From assembly GCF_011045215.1 (NCBI RefSeq), contig NZ_CP049201.1: 64,000 bases of DNA. The stretch is one strand, 5' to 3'. The first letter of the stretch is position 1. Every line of letters starts with the position of its first letter. Under the pieces are notes generated by a model. The model made no database searches. It was given only the letters and a program-made list of their open reading frames with translations, and was not told where the DNA came from. Of the stretch, positions 1 through 11,328 are shown one piece after another. Source of the DNA: Escherichia coli. Its GTDB lineage: Bacteria > Pseudomonadota > Gammaproteobacteria > Enterobacterales > Enterobacteriaceae. Made by a program: the position numbers and the translations under genes.

Positions 1-129
1 GCCGCAGATGATGAAAAACTGGCAGGCATTGGCTTTCATTGGGGATTTTCCGACCAGAGTCATTTTTCAACGGTATTTAAGCAACGCTTTGGGATGACGC
101 CAGGCGAGTATCGCCGTAAATTCCGCTAA
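1..129 (+). CDS. feaR: AraC-family transcriptional regulator, C-terminal end (5' partial), probably FeaR
   Basis: Frame-1 ORF open from the window edge to TAA at 127-129; C-terminal AraC-type HTH tail ...GFSDQSHFSTVFKQRFGMTPGEYRRKFR; position next to ydbL-ynbE-ydbH matches K-12 synteny. Confidence 0.7.
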   Translation, partial: AADDEKLAGIGFHWGFSDQSHFSTVFKQRFGMTPGEYRRKFR

Positions 130-130
130 C

Positions 131-163
131 TAATTCGCGTTGCATGTACTGCAACGCGAATTA
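131..163. terminator. Perfect 14-bp inverted repeat (TAATTCGCGTTGCA / TGCAACGCGAATTA) just after the feaR stop; likely transcript-end hairpin
   Basis: Hairpin read directly from sequence; no strong U-run, so terminator function is inferred. Confidence 0.4.
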
Positions 164-300
164 GTTAAAACAGATATTTGACTATGCATTTTTCAGGGCG
201 AAAGGCAATTTGACAGGAGTTTTTGAATATTCACCTTGTTTCAGGAAAATAGATCAATCGCTTTCTCCTGTAGCGTTATCCCGATATTGCGGTTTTGCTA

Positions 301-627
301 TTAAAATTTTCGCACCCATTTACCGTTTATCCCTTGTACATATTCCCCCGGTTTGGCCCGAGCGACGAGCTTTTGCCCGGCGAGTTTCGCGATATCATCT
401 ACAGACACATTATTTTGCTTTGCCAGTTGTTGGTAACTCGCTTTACGTTCGGCATTAATGTCGGTTACTAATTTCTCTGTTTCAGCATCCGTTTTCAGCG
501 CAACCAGATAACCATAAAATGTTTCACCTACCCGCCCCTGAGTTCTGGCTTCATCCAGAGTCAATGCCATTACATTGCTGCTTACCAGCCCAACAAGAAA
601 CGCACAAAGAAGTAATGTTTTCTTCAT
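301..627 (-). CDS. ydbL: YdbL, periplasmic DUF1318-family protein
   Basis: Track ORF 301..708; start moved to internal ATG (MKKTLLLCAFLVGL..., signal peptide) with GAGG upstream; last gene of the ydbH-ynbE-ydbL operon. Confidence 0.9.
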   Translation of the reverse strand: MKKTLLLCAFLVGLVSSNVMALTLDEARTQGRVGETFYGYLVALKTDAETEKLVTDINAERKASYQQLAKQNNVSVDDIAKLAGQKLVARAKPGEYVQGINGKWVRKF

Positions 628-634
628 CATCGCC

Positions 635-820
635 TCAGAAAAGATCGCTACGAGTTTCAAGCAGCTCTTCGACATCTTTGTCTGCCTTGATGATGATCTC
701 ATGCTCAATTTTAACGTTCATATTGATAGTGATCGGTTCCTTAGGTGCAGCGACTTCAATGCGAGGCGTACAGCCAACCAGCATAAAAGATGACGTCAAC
801 GCAGCCAGTAAAATTTTCAT
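635..820 (-). CDS. ynbE: YnbE lipoprotein (61 aa)
   Basis: 61-aa ORF MKILLAALTSSFMLVGC... with lipobox; 4-nt overlap with the ydbH stop. Confidence 0.9.
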   Translation of the reverse strand: MKILLAALTSSFMLVGCTPRIEVAAPKEPITINMNVKIEHEIIIKADKDVEELLETRSDLF

Positions 821-3456
821 TGTTTTTCCTCACACTCTTTTCCTTGCGGACAGTCATTTCCCGGCAGACGTGCGTTCTGCTCCAACCATGCCTGGAGATT
901 ATCGCCAAAGCGTAAACTGCGCCACAGCGTAAAAATATTCTCTTCATGATGGTAATTAAGGTTTACCGTACCGCTTTTACCATCGACGCGACTGGTGCCC
1001 GAAATGTTGGCCTGCATGGTTAACACACCGAGATTATCTAAATTAATCCTTGTTGATGAGCGACTGATTTCCATATAACGCAACCAGTTGATGGCAGTTC
1101 CAGCGGTCATATTGTCTTTGGCCACCGCATCTGCAGTGTCTTTATCCAGACGCAGCGTCATCGGCCCCGCGTTTGCCAACCAGCCATCTTTGACAATCCA
1201 TTTTTCATTGTTCAGCCATAGTGGCAACGCCCCACTAAATGCCCCAGACATAGCAAACTGTTTCGGATTAACCGCGCTAACCAGTTCGCTGGATGAGAGA
1301 TTATTCAGCCGCAACAGCGCCGGGTCATGTTGCGGCATACGTAATTGTTTCATCAGCACGTTACCGCCTAACACATCGACGCTAACATCAGTCAACAGCA
1401 ATGGTTCTTCTTCAGTCCACGGATAACGCCCTTGCAAATCAGCCGTAATATTTTTCGCTGTCACCAGATTAATCACTTCGGCAATTCGCAACGTAACGGG
1501 GCCGCGAGTCCCCAGATGCCAGGCTCCATCGGCAAAACGGAAAGGCAGGACAAAATCGACACCGTTAACCTGATTATCTGGCATCCAGGCACTACCGCCT
1601 TTCAACACGCCGTGCCCTCCCGCGCGGAATCCTTGTTCAGGCGCAGCAGAAAATGCAACCTGAGCATACAGTTCACCATCGCGTAAGTTCATCTTCCAGT
1701 CGGGTGGCACCAGCGGCTGGAATACAGTCAGTGATTGTTTAGGCCACCAGGCGTTACCGCGCAGACGAATACCGTCCCAGCGACCATTTACCCGAACCGG
1801 GCCAATCTCACCAGCATGTAAATCGCCTTTAAAGAGGAAATACGTCGGATCGCGCCCATCGACGCTAAATTTTAAGGTTGATGGCGGTAACACACTGCCG
1901 CCAGTGAACAGCGTTTGCCCGGCGTCCAGTGACAGCGCGCCGCTGAAGGAGGGATGCTGTGCGTCACGTACCCAGGCGACGGGCTTGTCGAGAATTAATC
2001 GCGGCTTTTCTACCGTCATCGTACCGTATTGTAACTGGTCGAAACCGGTGGAGAGATCGGTCAGCGTAATCGTGCTGTCATGCCACTCACCTTTTCCTGC
2101 GACATCCCAGGTGGCATTCATCGGTGTAAAGCTCCCTTTTCCCCAGTAGCGCCACTGCCAGCGGCCAGCGTCAGGGAGAAAATCATTCGCCAGCCCATCC
2201 ATATGCAGCACGAAATCGCCCAGTTCATTTTCATGCGCCTGCAAAATGGCCTGCAAACGTCCGTCAACACCACGTTGGGTGACTTTTACACCCGCTAAAG
2301 GCCAGCGGATTTCATCGATGTCCAGCGAATCGATGACTCTTCCCTTTGAACGAAGTAACGCGCCTGGCTCAAAGGTCAGCGTTGGGTCAGACAGACTTCC
2401 ACTTAGCTGCGCAGGTAAACGGGCATATAAAATGAGGTCCGCCTGTTTCGCTTCACCGGTCAGCTGCAGAGGCAGCTGGCTGTTATCCATGCTTAATTTT
2501 CCTGGGCCAAAATTAAGCACCGCGTTGCCCTTACCCGCTTGCCCCTGGGTCAGCACACTCAGTCGTCCGCTGACCAGAGCGTTCTCAAGCCCTGCCTGCC
2601 AGTTGTCGACTTTGACACCCAGTCGGCCACTCAAAGGAAAACCTGCATACGGCCAGCTCCAGCGACCATCGCTTACGGTCAATTGTTGACGAGTAATTCG
2701 CCACGGCAAATCGAGCAACGGATCGCCGTTATCCCGTGCCAGCACGATCAATTGCCCGCTATTTTCCTGCCAGTCCAGCTCGGCATCCACCAGTGACGGT
2801 TCCTGCGGCAAGTTTAACGTCGCAGTAGCATGCCCACTTACAGGAAGTCCATCCGGCACGAGCGGCATAGTAAATTCCCCCACCAGTTTAACCGGCGGCT
2901 GATTTTCAAACGCGACGACATCCAGTTCGCTGACTGTAAGTTGTTGCCCTTTCAGCTGGCCTTGAAATTTAACTTTTTCGCCCTGATAACGCAGTTGCTG
3001 GATATCAGAGGTTAATGCGAGAGAGAGTTTTCCCTGCCATTCCTGCCAGGGAGAAAAAATCAGTTTATCGATATTGATCCAGGTGTTAGGCAGCATGGAC
3101 TGCCACTGCGCGAGGGTTTTTGGAGCAGCTGGCGATTGCTCCGTCTGCGGCAATTTCGCCAGACAAGCAGAATCAAGTTCTACCATGCCGACGTTCAATA
3201 ACCAGCGGCTGGGATGTGAAAGGCTGGCGTTGGTGATATGCGCAAGCTGACAATCTCCCACCAGATAACGGAGATCGGGAATGATTAAACCTTTACGCGT
3301 AATGCGTGGGCTTTCATCTAATGCAATACGTGTCCCGAGCGGTAGCCAGATGCCCGCCAGCGTGGGAACCCACAGCCCGAGCGTCATCAGCAGCGTCAAC
3401 GGCACAAGAATAATCAGTAATAACAGCGCGAGAACGGCTTTATATTTACCCAGCAT
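817..3456 (-). CDS. ydbH: YdbH, AsmA-like large envelope protein (879 aa)
   Basis: 879-aa ORF with N-terminal TM segment; length and synteny match K-12 ydbH. Confidence 0.95.
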   Translation of the reverse strand: MLGKYKAVLALLLLIILVPLTLLMTLGLWVPTLAGIWLPLGTRIALDESPRITRKGLIIPDLRYLVGDCQLAHITNASLSHPSRWLLNVGMVELDSACLAKLPQTEQSPAAPKTLAQWQSMLPNTWINIDKLIFSPWQEWQGKLSLALTSDIQQLRYQGEKVKFQGQLKGQQLTVSELDVVAFENQPPVKLVGEFTMPLVPDGLPVSGHATATLNLPQEPSLVDAELDWQENSGQLIVLARDNGDPLLDLPWRITRQQLTVSDGRWSWPYAGFPLSGRLGVKVDNWQAGLENALVSGRLSVLTQGQAGKGNAVLNFGPGKLSMDNSQLPLQLTGEAKQADLILYARLPAQLSGSLSDPTLTFEPGALLRSKGRVIDSLDIDEIRWPLAGVKVTQRGVDGRLQAILQAHENELGDFVLHMDGLANDFLPDAGRWQWRYWGKGSFTPMNATWDVAGKGEWHDSTITLTDLSTGFDQLQYGTMTVEKPRLILDKPVAWVRDAQHPSFSGALSLDAGQTLFTGGSVLPPSTLKFSVDGRDPTYFLFKGDLHAGEIGPVRVNGRWDGIRLRGNAWWPKQSLTVFQPLVPPDWKMNLRDGELYAQVAFSAAPEQGFRAGGHGVLKGGSAWMPDNQVNGVDFVLPFRFADGAWHLGTRGPVTLRIAEVINLVTAKNITADLQGRYPWTEEEPLLLTDVSVDVLGGNVLMKQLRMPQHDPALLRLNNLSSSELVSAVNPKQFAMSGAFSGALPLWLNNEKWIVKDGWLANAGPMTLRLDKDTADAVAKDNMTAGTAINWLRYMEISRSSTRINLDNLGVLTMQANISGTSRVDGKSGTVNLNYHHEENIFTLWRSLRFGDNLQAWLEQNARLPGNDCPQGKECEEKQ

Positions 3457-3663
3457 GGGTAGTTAATATCGTGATTTAGCGAAAAATTAAGCATTCAATA
3501 CGGGTATTGTGGCATGTTTAACCGTTCAGTTGAAGGTTGCGCCTACACTAAGCATAGTTGTTGATGAATTTTTCAATATCGCCATAGCTTTCAATTAAAT
3601 TTGAAATTTTGTAAAATATTTTTAGTAGCTTAAATGTGATTCAACATCACTGGAGAAAGTCTT

Positions 3664-4653
3664 ATGAAACTCGCCGTTTATAGCACAAAACAGTACGACA
3701 AGAAGTACCTGCAACAGGTGAACGAGTCCTTTGGCTTTGAGCTGGAATTTTTTGACTTTCTGCTGACGGAAAAAACCGCTAAAACTGCCAATGGCTGCGA
3801 AGCGGTATGTATTTTCGTAAACGATGACGGCAGCCGCCCGGTGCTGGAAGAGCTGAAAAAGCACGGCGTTAAATATATCGCCCTGCGCTGTGCCGGTTTC
3901 AATAACGTCGACCTTGACGCGGCAAAAGAACTGGGGCTGAAAGTAGTCCGTGTTCCAGCCTATGATCCAGAGGCCGTTGCTGAACACGCCATCGGTATGA
4001 TGATGACGCTGAACCGCCGTATTCACCGCGCGTATCAGCGTACCCGTGACGCTAACTTCTCTCTGGAAGGTCTGACCGGCTTTACTATGTATGGCAAAAC
4101 GGCAGGCGTTATCGGTACCGGTAAAATCGGTGTGGCGATGCTGCGCATTCTGAAAGGTTTTGGTATGCGTCTGCTGGCGTTCGATCCGTATCCAAGTGCA
4201 GCGGCGCTGGAACTCGGTGTGGAGTATGTCGATCTGCCAACCCTGTTCTCTGAATCAGACGTTATCTCTCTGCACTGCCCGCTGACACCGGAAAACTACC
4301 ATCTGTTGAACGAAGCCGCCTTCGATCAGATGAAAAATGGCGTGATGATCGTCAATACCAGTCGCGGTGCATTGATTGATTCACAGGCAGCAATTGAAGC
4401 GCTGAAAAATCAGAAAATTGGTTCGTTGGGTATGGACGTGTATGAGAACGAACGCGATCTGTTCTTTGAAGATAAATCCAACGACGTGATCCAGGATGAC
4501 GTATTCCGTCGCCTGTCTGCCTGCCACAACGTGCTGTTTACCGGGCACCAGGCATTCCTGACAGCAGAAGCTCTGACCAGTATTTCTCAGACTACGCTGC
4601 AAAACTTAAGCAATCTGGAAAAAGGTGAAACCTGCCCGAACGAACTGGTTTAA
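3664..4653 (+). CDS. ldhA: Fermentative D-lactate dehydrogenase (NAD-dependent)
   Basis: 329-aa ORF MKLAVYSTKQYDKKYLQQVNESFGFELEFFDF..., NAD-binding GxGxxG (GVIGTGKIG); matches E. coli LdhA. Confidence 0.97.
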   Translation: MKLAVYSTKQYDKKYLQQVNESFGFELEFFDFLLTEKTAKTANGCEAVCIFVNDDGSRPVLEELKKHGVKYIALRCAGFNNVDLDAAKELGLKVVRVPAYDPEAVAEHAIGMMMTLNRRIHRAYQRTRDANFSLEGLTGFTMYGKTAGVIGTGKIGVAMLRILKGFGMRLLAFDPYPSAAALELGVEYVDLPTLFSESDVISLHCPLTPENYHLLNEAAFDQMKNGVMIVNTSRGALIDSQAAIEALKNQKIGSLGMDVYENERDLFFEDKSNDVIQDDVFRRLSACHNVLFTGHQAFLTAEALTSISQTTLQNLSNLEKGETCPNELV

Positions 4654-4763
4654 TCTTGCCGCTCCCCTGCAATCCAGGGGAGCTGATTCAGATAATCCCC
4701 AATGACCTTTCATTCTCTATTCTTAAAATAGTCCTGAGTCAGAAACTGTAATTGAGAACCACA

Positions 4764-5186
4764 ATGAAGAAAGTAGCCGCGTTTGTTGCGCTAAGCCTGC
4801 TGATGGCGGGATGTGTAAGTAATGACAAAATTGCTGTTACGCCAGAACAGCTACAGCATCATCGCTTTGTGCTGGAAAGCGTAAACGGTAAGCCCGTGAC
4901 CAGCGATAAAAATCCGCCAGAAATCAGCTTTGGTGAAAAAATGATGATTTCCGGCAGCATGTGTAACCGCTTTAGCGGTGAAGGCAAACTGTCTAATGGT
5001 GAACTGACAGCCAAAGGGCTGGCAATGACCCGTATGATGTGCGCTAACCCGCAGCTTAATGAACTCGATAACACCATTAGCGAAATGCTGAAAGAAGGTG
5101 CACAAGTGGATCTGACCGCGAACCAGTTAACGCTGGCGACCGCGAAACAGACATTAACTTATAAGCTGGCGGATTTAATGAATTAA
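4764..5186 (+). CDS. hslJ: Heat-shock lipoprotein HslJ (META domain)
   Basis: Track ORF begins at TTG 4752; ATG at 4764 gives MKKVAAFVALSLLMAGC... (140 aa, lipobox). Confidence 0.9.
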   Translation: MKKVAAFVALSLLMAGCVSNDKIAVTPEQLQHHRFVLESVNGKPVTSDKNPPEISFGEKMMISGSMCNRFSGEGKLSNGELTAKGLAMTRMMCANPQLNELDNTISEMLKEGAQVDLTANQLTLATAKQTLTYKLADLMN

Positions 5187-5449
5187 TAGCTGCCACAGCT
5201 CCCGGCGGCAAGTGACTGTTCGCTACAGCGTTTGCCGTTGGGTAATGCACACATCCCAATCGCCGTACCATCCAGTTGACGGGCAACAGAAAGCGAACCG
5301 CCGATCATTGCACAATTTGCTTCTCCACTACTCGACATTGACGCTTTTAAACCTGGCGCTACGTGCGCCGCAGTCGCCTGCTGAACAGGCTCACTACTAC
5401 ACGCCGACAACAATAAAGCGGCACACCCTACCCAAAACGCTGCTCGCAT
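5183..5449 (-). CDS. ydbJ: YdbJ, DUF333 lipoprotein (88 aa)
   Basis: 88-aa ORF with signal peptide and lipobox (LLLSACSS); convergent with hslJ. Confidence 0.85.
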   Translation of the reverse strand: MRAAFWVGCAALLLSACSSEPVQQATAAHVAPGLKASMSSSGEANCAMIGGSLSVARQLDGTAIGMCALPNGKRCSEQSLAAGSCGSY

Positions 5450-5722
5450 CTTTTCTTCCTCTGATCTTCAAGCCAAACGACACCGCCATAAATAATAGGC
5501 AGCACAGAGGGCGGCGTCGAGAGCTGTCCTGCGCGTTGCCCCGCATTTTTACTTTTTTATGGCTATTTTTTTGCCCTCTGTTTGATCAAAACATTCATTA
5601 CGCTGATGTGGGGGACACAAAAGCGAAAATGCAGAAGAAAGCCATTTGCTAAAATTGAAAGATTACTACTGGGCGCGCAGCAATTTCGTGCGCCCCTCAT
5701 TTGCGCAATGTAAGGGTGTCAT

Positions 5723-8700
5723 ATGATTACTATTGACGGTAATGGCGCGGTTGCTTCGGTCGCATTTCGCACCAGTGAAGTTATCGCCATCTACCCTATT
5801 ACCCCCAGTTCCACGATGGCAGAACAGGCTGATGCCTGGGCCGGAAACGGCTTAAAGAACGTTTGGGGAGACACACCACGCGTGGTTGAAATGCAGTCGG
5901 AAGCGGGTGCTATCGCTACCGTGCATGGCGCTTTGCAGACGGGTGCCCTTTCAACATCGTTTACATCATCGCAGGGTTTGCTGCTGATGATCCCGACGCT
6001 GTACAAACTGGCAGGCGAACTAACACCGTTTGTCCTGCATGTAGCGGCACGTACCGTTGCCACACATGCACTCTCTATTTTTGGCGATCATTCCGACGTC
6101 ATGGCGGTGCGCCAGACGGGTTGCGCGATGTTGTGTGCGGCAAACGTCCAGGAAGCGCAAGACTTTGCTCTCATTTCGCACATCGCGACGCTGAAAAGCC
6201 GCGTGCCATTTATTCATTTCTTTGATGGTTTCCGCACGTCCCACGAAATCAATAAAATTGTCCCGCTGGCCGATGACACGATTCTTGATCTCATGCCGCA
6301 GGCCGAAATTGATGCTCATCGCGCCCGGGCGCTCAACCCGGAACATCCGGTGATCCGCGGTACGTCCGCCAATCCTGACACTTATTTCCAGTCTCGCGAA
6401 GCCACCAACCCTTGGTACAACGCGGTCTATGACCATGTTGAACAGGCGATGAATGATTTCGCTGCTGCGACAGGTCGTCAGTATCAGCCGTTTGAGTATT
6501 ACGGGCATCCGCAAGCGGAACGGGTGATTATCCTGATGGGCTCTGCCATTGGCACCTGTGAAGAAGTGGTTGATGAATTGCTAACCCGTGGCGAAAAAGT
6601 CGGCGTGCTGAAAGTTCGCCTGTACCGCCCCTTCTCCGCTAAACATTTACTGCAAGCTCTGCCGGGATCCGTACGCAGCGTGGCGGTACTGGACAGAACC
6701 AAAGAAGCCGGTGCCCAGGCAGAACCGCTCTATCTGGATGTGATGACCGCACTGGCAGAAGCCTTTAATAATGGCGAGCGTGAAACCCTGCCCCGTGTCA
6801 TTGGTGGGCGCTATGGTCTTTCATCCAAAGAATTTGGTCCGGACTGTGTACTGGCGGTATTTGCCGAGCTCAACGCGGCTAAACCGAAAGCGCGCTTTAC
6901 GGTTGGTATTTACGATGATGTGACTAATCTGTCACTGCCGTTGCCGGAAAACACCCTGCCAAACTCGGCGAAACTGGAAGCCTTGTTTTATGGCCTTGGT
7001 AGTGATGGCAGCGTTTCCGCGACCAAAAACAATATCAAGATTATCGGTAATTCCACGCCGTGGTACGCACAGGGCTATTTTGTTTACGACTCCAAAAAGG
7101 CGGGCGGCCTGACGGTTTCTCACCTTCGAGTGAGCGAACAGCCGATTCGTTCCGCTTATCTCATTTCCCAGGCTGATTTTGTTGGCTGCCACCAGTTGCA
7201 GTTTATCGATAAATATCAGATGGCTGAGCGTTTAAAACCTGGCGGCATTTTCCTGCTCAACACACCGTACAGCGCAGATGAAGTGTGGTCGCGCTTGCCG
7301 CAAGAAGTTCAGGCCGTGTTAAACCAGAAAAAAGCGCGCTTCTATGTGATTAACGCGGCGAAAATCGCCCGCGAATGTGGCCTGGCGGCCCGTATTAATA
7401 CCGTCATGCAGATGGCTTTTTTCCATCTGACGCAAATTCTGCCTGGCGATAGCGCCCTCGCAGAATTGCAGGGTGCGATTGCCAAAAGTTACAGTAGCAA
7501 AGGCCAGGATCTGGTGGAACGCAACTGGCAGGCTCTGGCGCTGGCGCGTGAATCCGTAGAAGAAGTTCCGTTGCAACCGGTAAATCCGCACAGCGCCAAT
7601 CGACCGCCAGTGGTTTCCGATGCCGCCCCTGATTTCGTGAAAACCGTAACCGCTGCGATGCTCGCCGGGCTTGGTGATGCCCTCCCCGTTTCGGCGCTGC
7701 CGCCAGACGGCACCTGGCCGATGGGCACTACGCGCTGGGAAAAACGCAATATCGCCGAAGAGATCCCCATCTGGAAAGAGGAACTCTGTACCCAATGTAA
7801 CCACTGTGTTGCCGCTTGCCCACACTCAGCTATTCGCGCAAAAGTGGTACCGCCTGAAGCGATGGAAAACGCCCCTGCCAGCCTGCATTCGCTGGATGTG
7901 AAATCGCGTGATATGCGCGGGCAGAAATATGTCTTGCAGGTGGCTCCGGAAGATTGCACCGGTTGTAACCTGTGCGTCGAAGTTTGCCCGGCGAAAGACC
8001 GTCAGAATCCAGAGATTAAAGCCATCAATATGATGTCGCGCCTGGAACATGTCGAAGAAGAGAAAATCAATTACGATTTCTTCCTCAACCTCCCAGAAAT
8101 CGACCGTAGTAAACTCGAACGTATTGATATTCGTACATCACAGCTGATTACACCGCTGTTTGAATATTCAGGTGCTTGCTCCGGTTGTGGCGAGACGCCG
8201 TATATTAAATTGCTGACTCAGCTCTATGGTGACCGGATGTTGATCGCTAACGCCACCGGCTGTTCTTCAATTTATGGCGGTAACCTGCCCTCTACACCGT
8301 ATACTACCGATGCCAACGGTCGTGGTCCGGCCTGGGCGAACTCTCTGTTTGAAGATAATGCCGAATTTGGCCTGGGTTTCCGCCTGACGGTCGATCAACA
8401 CCGTGTACGCGTGCTGCGTCTGCTGGATCAATTTGCCGATAAAATCCCGGCGGAATTACTGACTGCGTTGAAATCAGACGCCACGCCAGAGGTTCGTCGT
8501 GAACAGGTTGCAGCTTTACGCCAGCAACTCAACGATGTTGCCGAAGCACATGAACTGCTGCGTGATGCAGATGCGCTGGTAGAAAAATCAATCTGGCTGA
8601 TTGGTGGCGACGGCTGGGCTTACGATATCGGCTTTGGCGGTCTGGATCATGTATTGAGTTTGACAGAAAACGTCAACATTCTGGTGCTGGATACGCAATG

Positions 8701-9247
8701 CTATTCCAACACCGGTGGTCAGGCGTCGAAAGCGACACCGCTGGGTGCAGTAACTAAATTTGGCGAGCACGGCAAACGTAAAGCGCGTAAAGATCTTGGC
8801 GTCAGTATGATGATGTACGGTCATGTTTATGTGGCGCAGATTTCTCTCGGCGCGCAACTGAACCAGACGGTGAAAGCGATTCAGGAAGCGGAAGCGTATC
8901 CGGGACCATCGCTGATCATTGCTTATAGCCCGTGTGAAGAGCATGGTTACGATCTGGCACTCAGCCATGACCAGATGCGCCAACTCACAGCTACCGGCTT
9001 CTGGCCGCTATATCGCTTCGATCCGCGTCGTGCCGATGAAGGCAAACTGCCGCTGGCGCTGGATTCACGCCCGCCGTCAGAAGCACTGGAAGAAACGTTA
9101 CTTCACGAGCAACGTTTCCGTCGTCTGAATTCGCAGCAGCCAGAAGTGGCAGAACAGTTATGGAAAGATGCTGCAGCTGATTTGCAAAAACGCTATGACT
9201 TCCTGGCACAAATGGCCGGAAAAGCGGAAAAAAGCAACACCGATTAA
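5723..9247 (+). CDS. ydbK: Pyruvate:flavodoxin/ferredoxin oxidoreductase (PFOR)
   Basis: 1174-aa ORF; two 4Fe-4S ferredoxin motifs (CTQCNHCVAACP, CTGCNLCVEVCP) and TPP-binding region (GGDGWAYDIGFGG). Confidence 0.97.
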   Translation: MITIDGNGAVASVAFRTSEVIAIYPITPSSTMAEQADAWAGNGLKNVWGDTPRVVEMQSEAGAIATVHGALQTGALSTSFTSSQGLLLMIPTLYKLAGELTPFVLHVAARTVATHALSIFGDHSDVMAVRQTGCAMLCAANVQEAQDFALISHIATLKSRVPFIHFFDGFRTSHEINKIVPLADDTILDLMPQAEIDAHRARALNPEHPVIRGTSANPDTYFQSREATNPWYNAVYDHVEQAMNDFAAATGRQYQPFEYYGHPQAERVIILMGSAIGTCEEVVDELLTRGEKVGVLKVRLYRPFSAKHLLQALPGSVRSVAVLDRTKEAGAQAEPLYLDVMTALAEAFNNGERETLPRVIGGRYGLSSKEFGPDCVLAVFAELNAAKPKARFTVGIYDDVTNLSLPLPENTLPNSAKLEALFYGLGSDGSVSATKNNIKIIGNSTPWYAQGYFVYDSKKAGGLTVSHLRVSEQPIRSAYLISQADFVGCHQLQFIDKYQMAERLKPGGIFLLNTPYSADEVWSRLPQEVQAVLNQKKARFYVINAAKIARECGLAARINTVMQMAFFHLTQILPGDSALAELQGAIAKSYSSKGQDLVERNWQALALARESVEEVPLQPVNPHSANRPPVVSDAAPDFVKTVTAAMLAGLGDALPVSALPPDGTWPMGTTRWEKRNIAEEIPIWKEELCTQCNHCVAACPHSAIRAKVVPPEAMENAPASLHSLDVKSRDMRGQKYVLQVAPEDCTGCNLCVEVCPAKDRQNPEIKAINMMSRLEHVEEEKINYDFFLNLPEIDRSKLERIDIRTSQLITPLFEYSGACSGCGETPYIKLLTQLYGDRMLIANATGCSSIYGGNLPSTPYTTDANGRGPAWANSLFEDNAEFGLGFRLTVDQHRVRVLRLLDQFADKIPAELLTALKSDATPEVRREQVAALRQQLNDVAEAHELLRDADALVEKSIWLIGGDGWAYDIGFGGLDHVLSLTENVNILVLDTQCYSNTGGQASKATPLGAVTKFGEHGKRKARKDLGVSMMMYGHVYVAQISLGAQLNQTVKAIQEAEAYPGPSLIIAYSPCEEHGYDLALSHDQMRQLTATGFWPLYRFDPRRADEGKLPLALDSRPPSEALEETLLHEQRFRRLNSQQPEVAEQLWKDAAADLQKRYDFLAQMAGKAEKSNTD

Positions 9248-9275
9248 ATGCTCTGTATAAGGATTATCCAATTCT

Positions 9276-9312
9276 AAAAAAAAGCCCGGACGACTGTTCG
9301 GGCTTGTCTTTT
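9276..9312. terminator. Bidirectional rho-independent terminator shared by ydbK (+) and micC (-)
   Basis: A8 run, hairpin GCCCGG-ACGACTGT-TCGGGC, then T-rich tract; read directly. Confidence 0.8.
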
Positions 9313-9385
9313 TATATGTTGGAAAATCAGTGGCAATGCAATGGCCCAACAGAAAATAAAATCTGTGACAATAAAGGCATATAAC
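9277..9385 (-). ncRNA. micC: MicC small regulatory RNA (Hfq-dependent, represses ompC)
   Basis: Minus strand reads GTTATATGCCTTTATTGTCACAGATTTTATTTTCTGTTGGGCC...CCGGGCTTTTTTT, matching the known MicC sequence; lies between ydbK and ompN as in K-12. Confidence 0.9.
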
Positions 9386-9612
9386 CCGCGCAGAATAACG
9401 TATAGAAAATTAAAAGTATAATTTTTATTTTGTATGTATTATCTTCGATACATTCACCAGACTTATTATCATTTCAGAGGAATTATTTGATTAAGGTTTT
9501 ACTTAAGGCGTAACAAATGATATTTATCGGCTAACTGAACTTCTCCTTTAGGATGTTTTCACTCCCCGAAATGGGGATCAAAGGCAAATAAAATAACTAA
9601 AGGATTTATTCA

Positions 9613-10746
9613 ATGAAAAGCAAAGTACTGGCACTTTTAATTCCTGCCCTGCTCGCCGCAGGTGCTGCACATGCAGCCGAAGTTTATAATAAAGACGGCA
9701 ACAAATTAGATCTGTATGGCAAAGTTGATGGCCTGCATTATTTTTCTGATAATTCAGCGAAAGATGGCGACCAGAGCTATGCGCGTCTGGGTTTTAAAGG
9801 CGAAACCCAAATTAACGATCAACTTACTGGCTACGGTCAATGGGAATACAATATTCAGGCAAACAACACTGAATCTTCAAAAAACCAGTCATGGACCCGT
9901 CTGGCATTTGCCGGACTGAAATTTGCAGATTACGGTTCTTTCGATTACGGACGTAATTATGGCGTAATGTACGACATCGAAGGCTGGACCGATATGCTGC
10001 CTGAATTTGGCGGTGACTCTTATACCAATGCAGACAACTTTATGACTGGTCGTGCCAATGGCGTCGCGACTTATCGTAATACTGATTTCTTCGGTCTGGT
10101 AAATGGTCTGAACTTCGCGGTGCAGTATCAAGGTAACAACGAAGGTGCCAGTAATGGTCAGGAAGGCACCAACAACGGACGTGATGTTCGCCATGAAAAC
10201 GGTGACGGCTGGGGTCTTTCCACAACATATGATTTAGGCATGGGCTTTAGCGCTGGTGCGGCATACACCTCTTCTGACCGCACCAATGACCAGGTTAACC
10301 ATACTGCGGCGGGTGGTGATAAAGCAGACGCGTGGACTGCTGGGCTAAAATACGATGCTAACAATATTTACCTGGCAACCATGTATTCAGAAACGCGTAA
10401 TATGACCCCGTTTGGCGACAGCGATTATGCAGTTGCGAACAAAACCCAGAACTTTGAAGTCACTGCACAGTACCAGTTTGATTTTGGTCTGCGTCCGGCA
10501 GTCTCTTTCCTGATGTCTAAAGGCCGTGACCTGCACGCTGCCGGTGGTGCAGACAACCCGGCAGGTGTTGATGATAAAGATCTGGTTAAATACGCCGATG
10601 TTGGCGCGACTTACTATTTCAATAAAAACATGTCCACCTATGTTGACTATAAAATCAACCTGTTGGATGAAGATGACAGTTTCTACGCTGCCAACGGCAT
10701 CTCTACCGATGATATTGTCGCTTTAGGTCTGGTTTATCAGTTCTAA
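9613..10746 (+). CDS. ompN: Outer membrane porin OmpN
   Basis: 377-aa ORF, signal peptide [21 protein letters not shown], porin C-terminal ...LGLVYQF; synteny. Confidence 0.95.
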   Translation: MKSKVLALLIPALLAAGAAHAAEVYNKDGNKLDLYGKVDGLHYFSDNSAKDGDQSYARLGFKGETQINDQLTGYGQWEYNIQANNTESSKNQSWTRLAFAGLKFADYGSFDYGRNYGVMYDIEGWTDMLPEFGGDSYTNADNFMTGRANGVATYRNTDFFGLVNGLNFAVQYQGNNEGASNGQEGTNNGRDVRHENGDGWGLSTTYDLGMGFSAGAAYTSSDRTNDQVNHTAAGGDKADAWTAGLKYDANNIYLATMYSETRNMTPFGDSDYAVANKTQNFEVTAQYQFDFGLRPAVSFLMSKGRDLHAAGGADNPAGVDDKDLVKYADVGATYYFNKNMSTYVDYKINLLDEDDSFYAANGISTDDIVALGLVYQF

Positions 10747-10754
10747 ATCCTCCT

Positions 10755-10778
10755 GCCCGCTGTTATGGCGGGCTTTTT
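10755..10778 (+). terminator. Rho-independent terminator of ompN
   Basis: GCCCGC-TGTTATG-GCGGGC followed by TTTTT. Confidence 0.8.
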
Positions 10779-10805
10779 CTGCTTATTCTTCCTCCTTTGA
10801 TCTAA

Positions 10806-11321
<516 letters not shown>

Positions 11322-11328
11322 CACTAAC

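Noticed and set aside
1088-3466. Several 60-150 aa ORFs on the plus strand inside ydbH (e.g. 1088..1426, 2246..2689)
   Set aside because: They lie wholly within and antisense to the 879-aa ydbH reading frame; no RBS or independent support.
5791-9209. Minus-strand ORFs within ydbK (e.g. 6020..6514, 7319..7825, 8588..8983)
   Set aside because: Antisense to a well-supported 1174-aa PFOR gene; typical GC-rich shadow ORFs.
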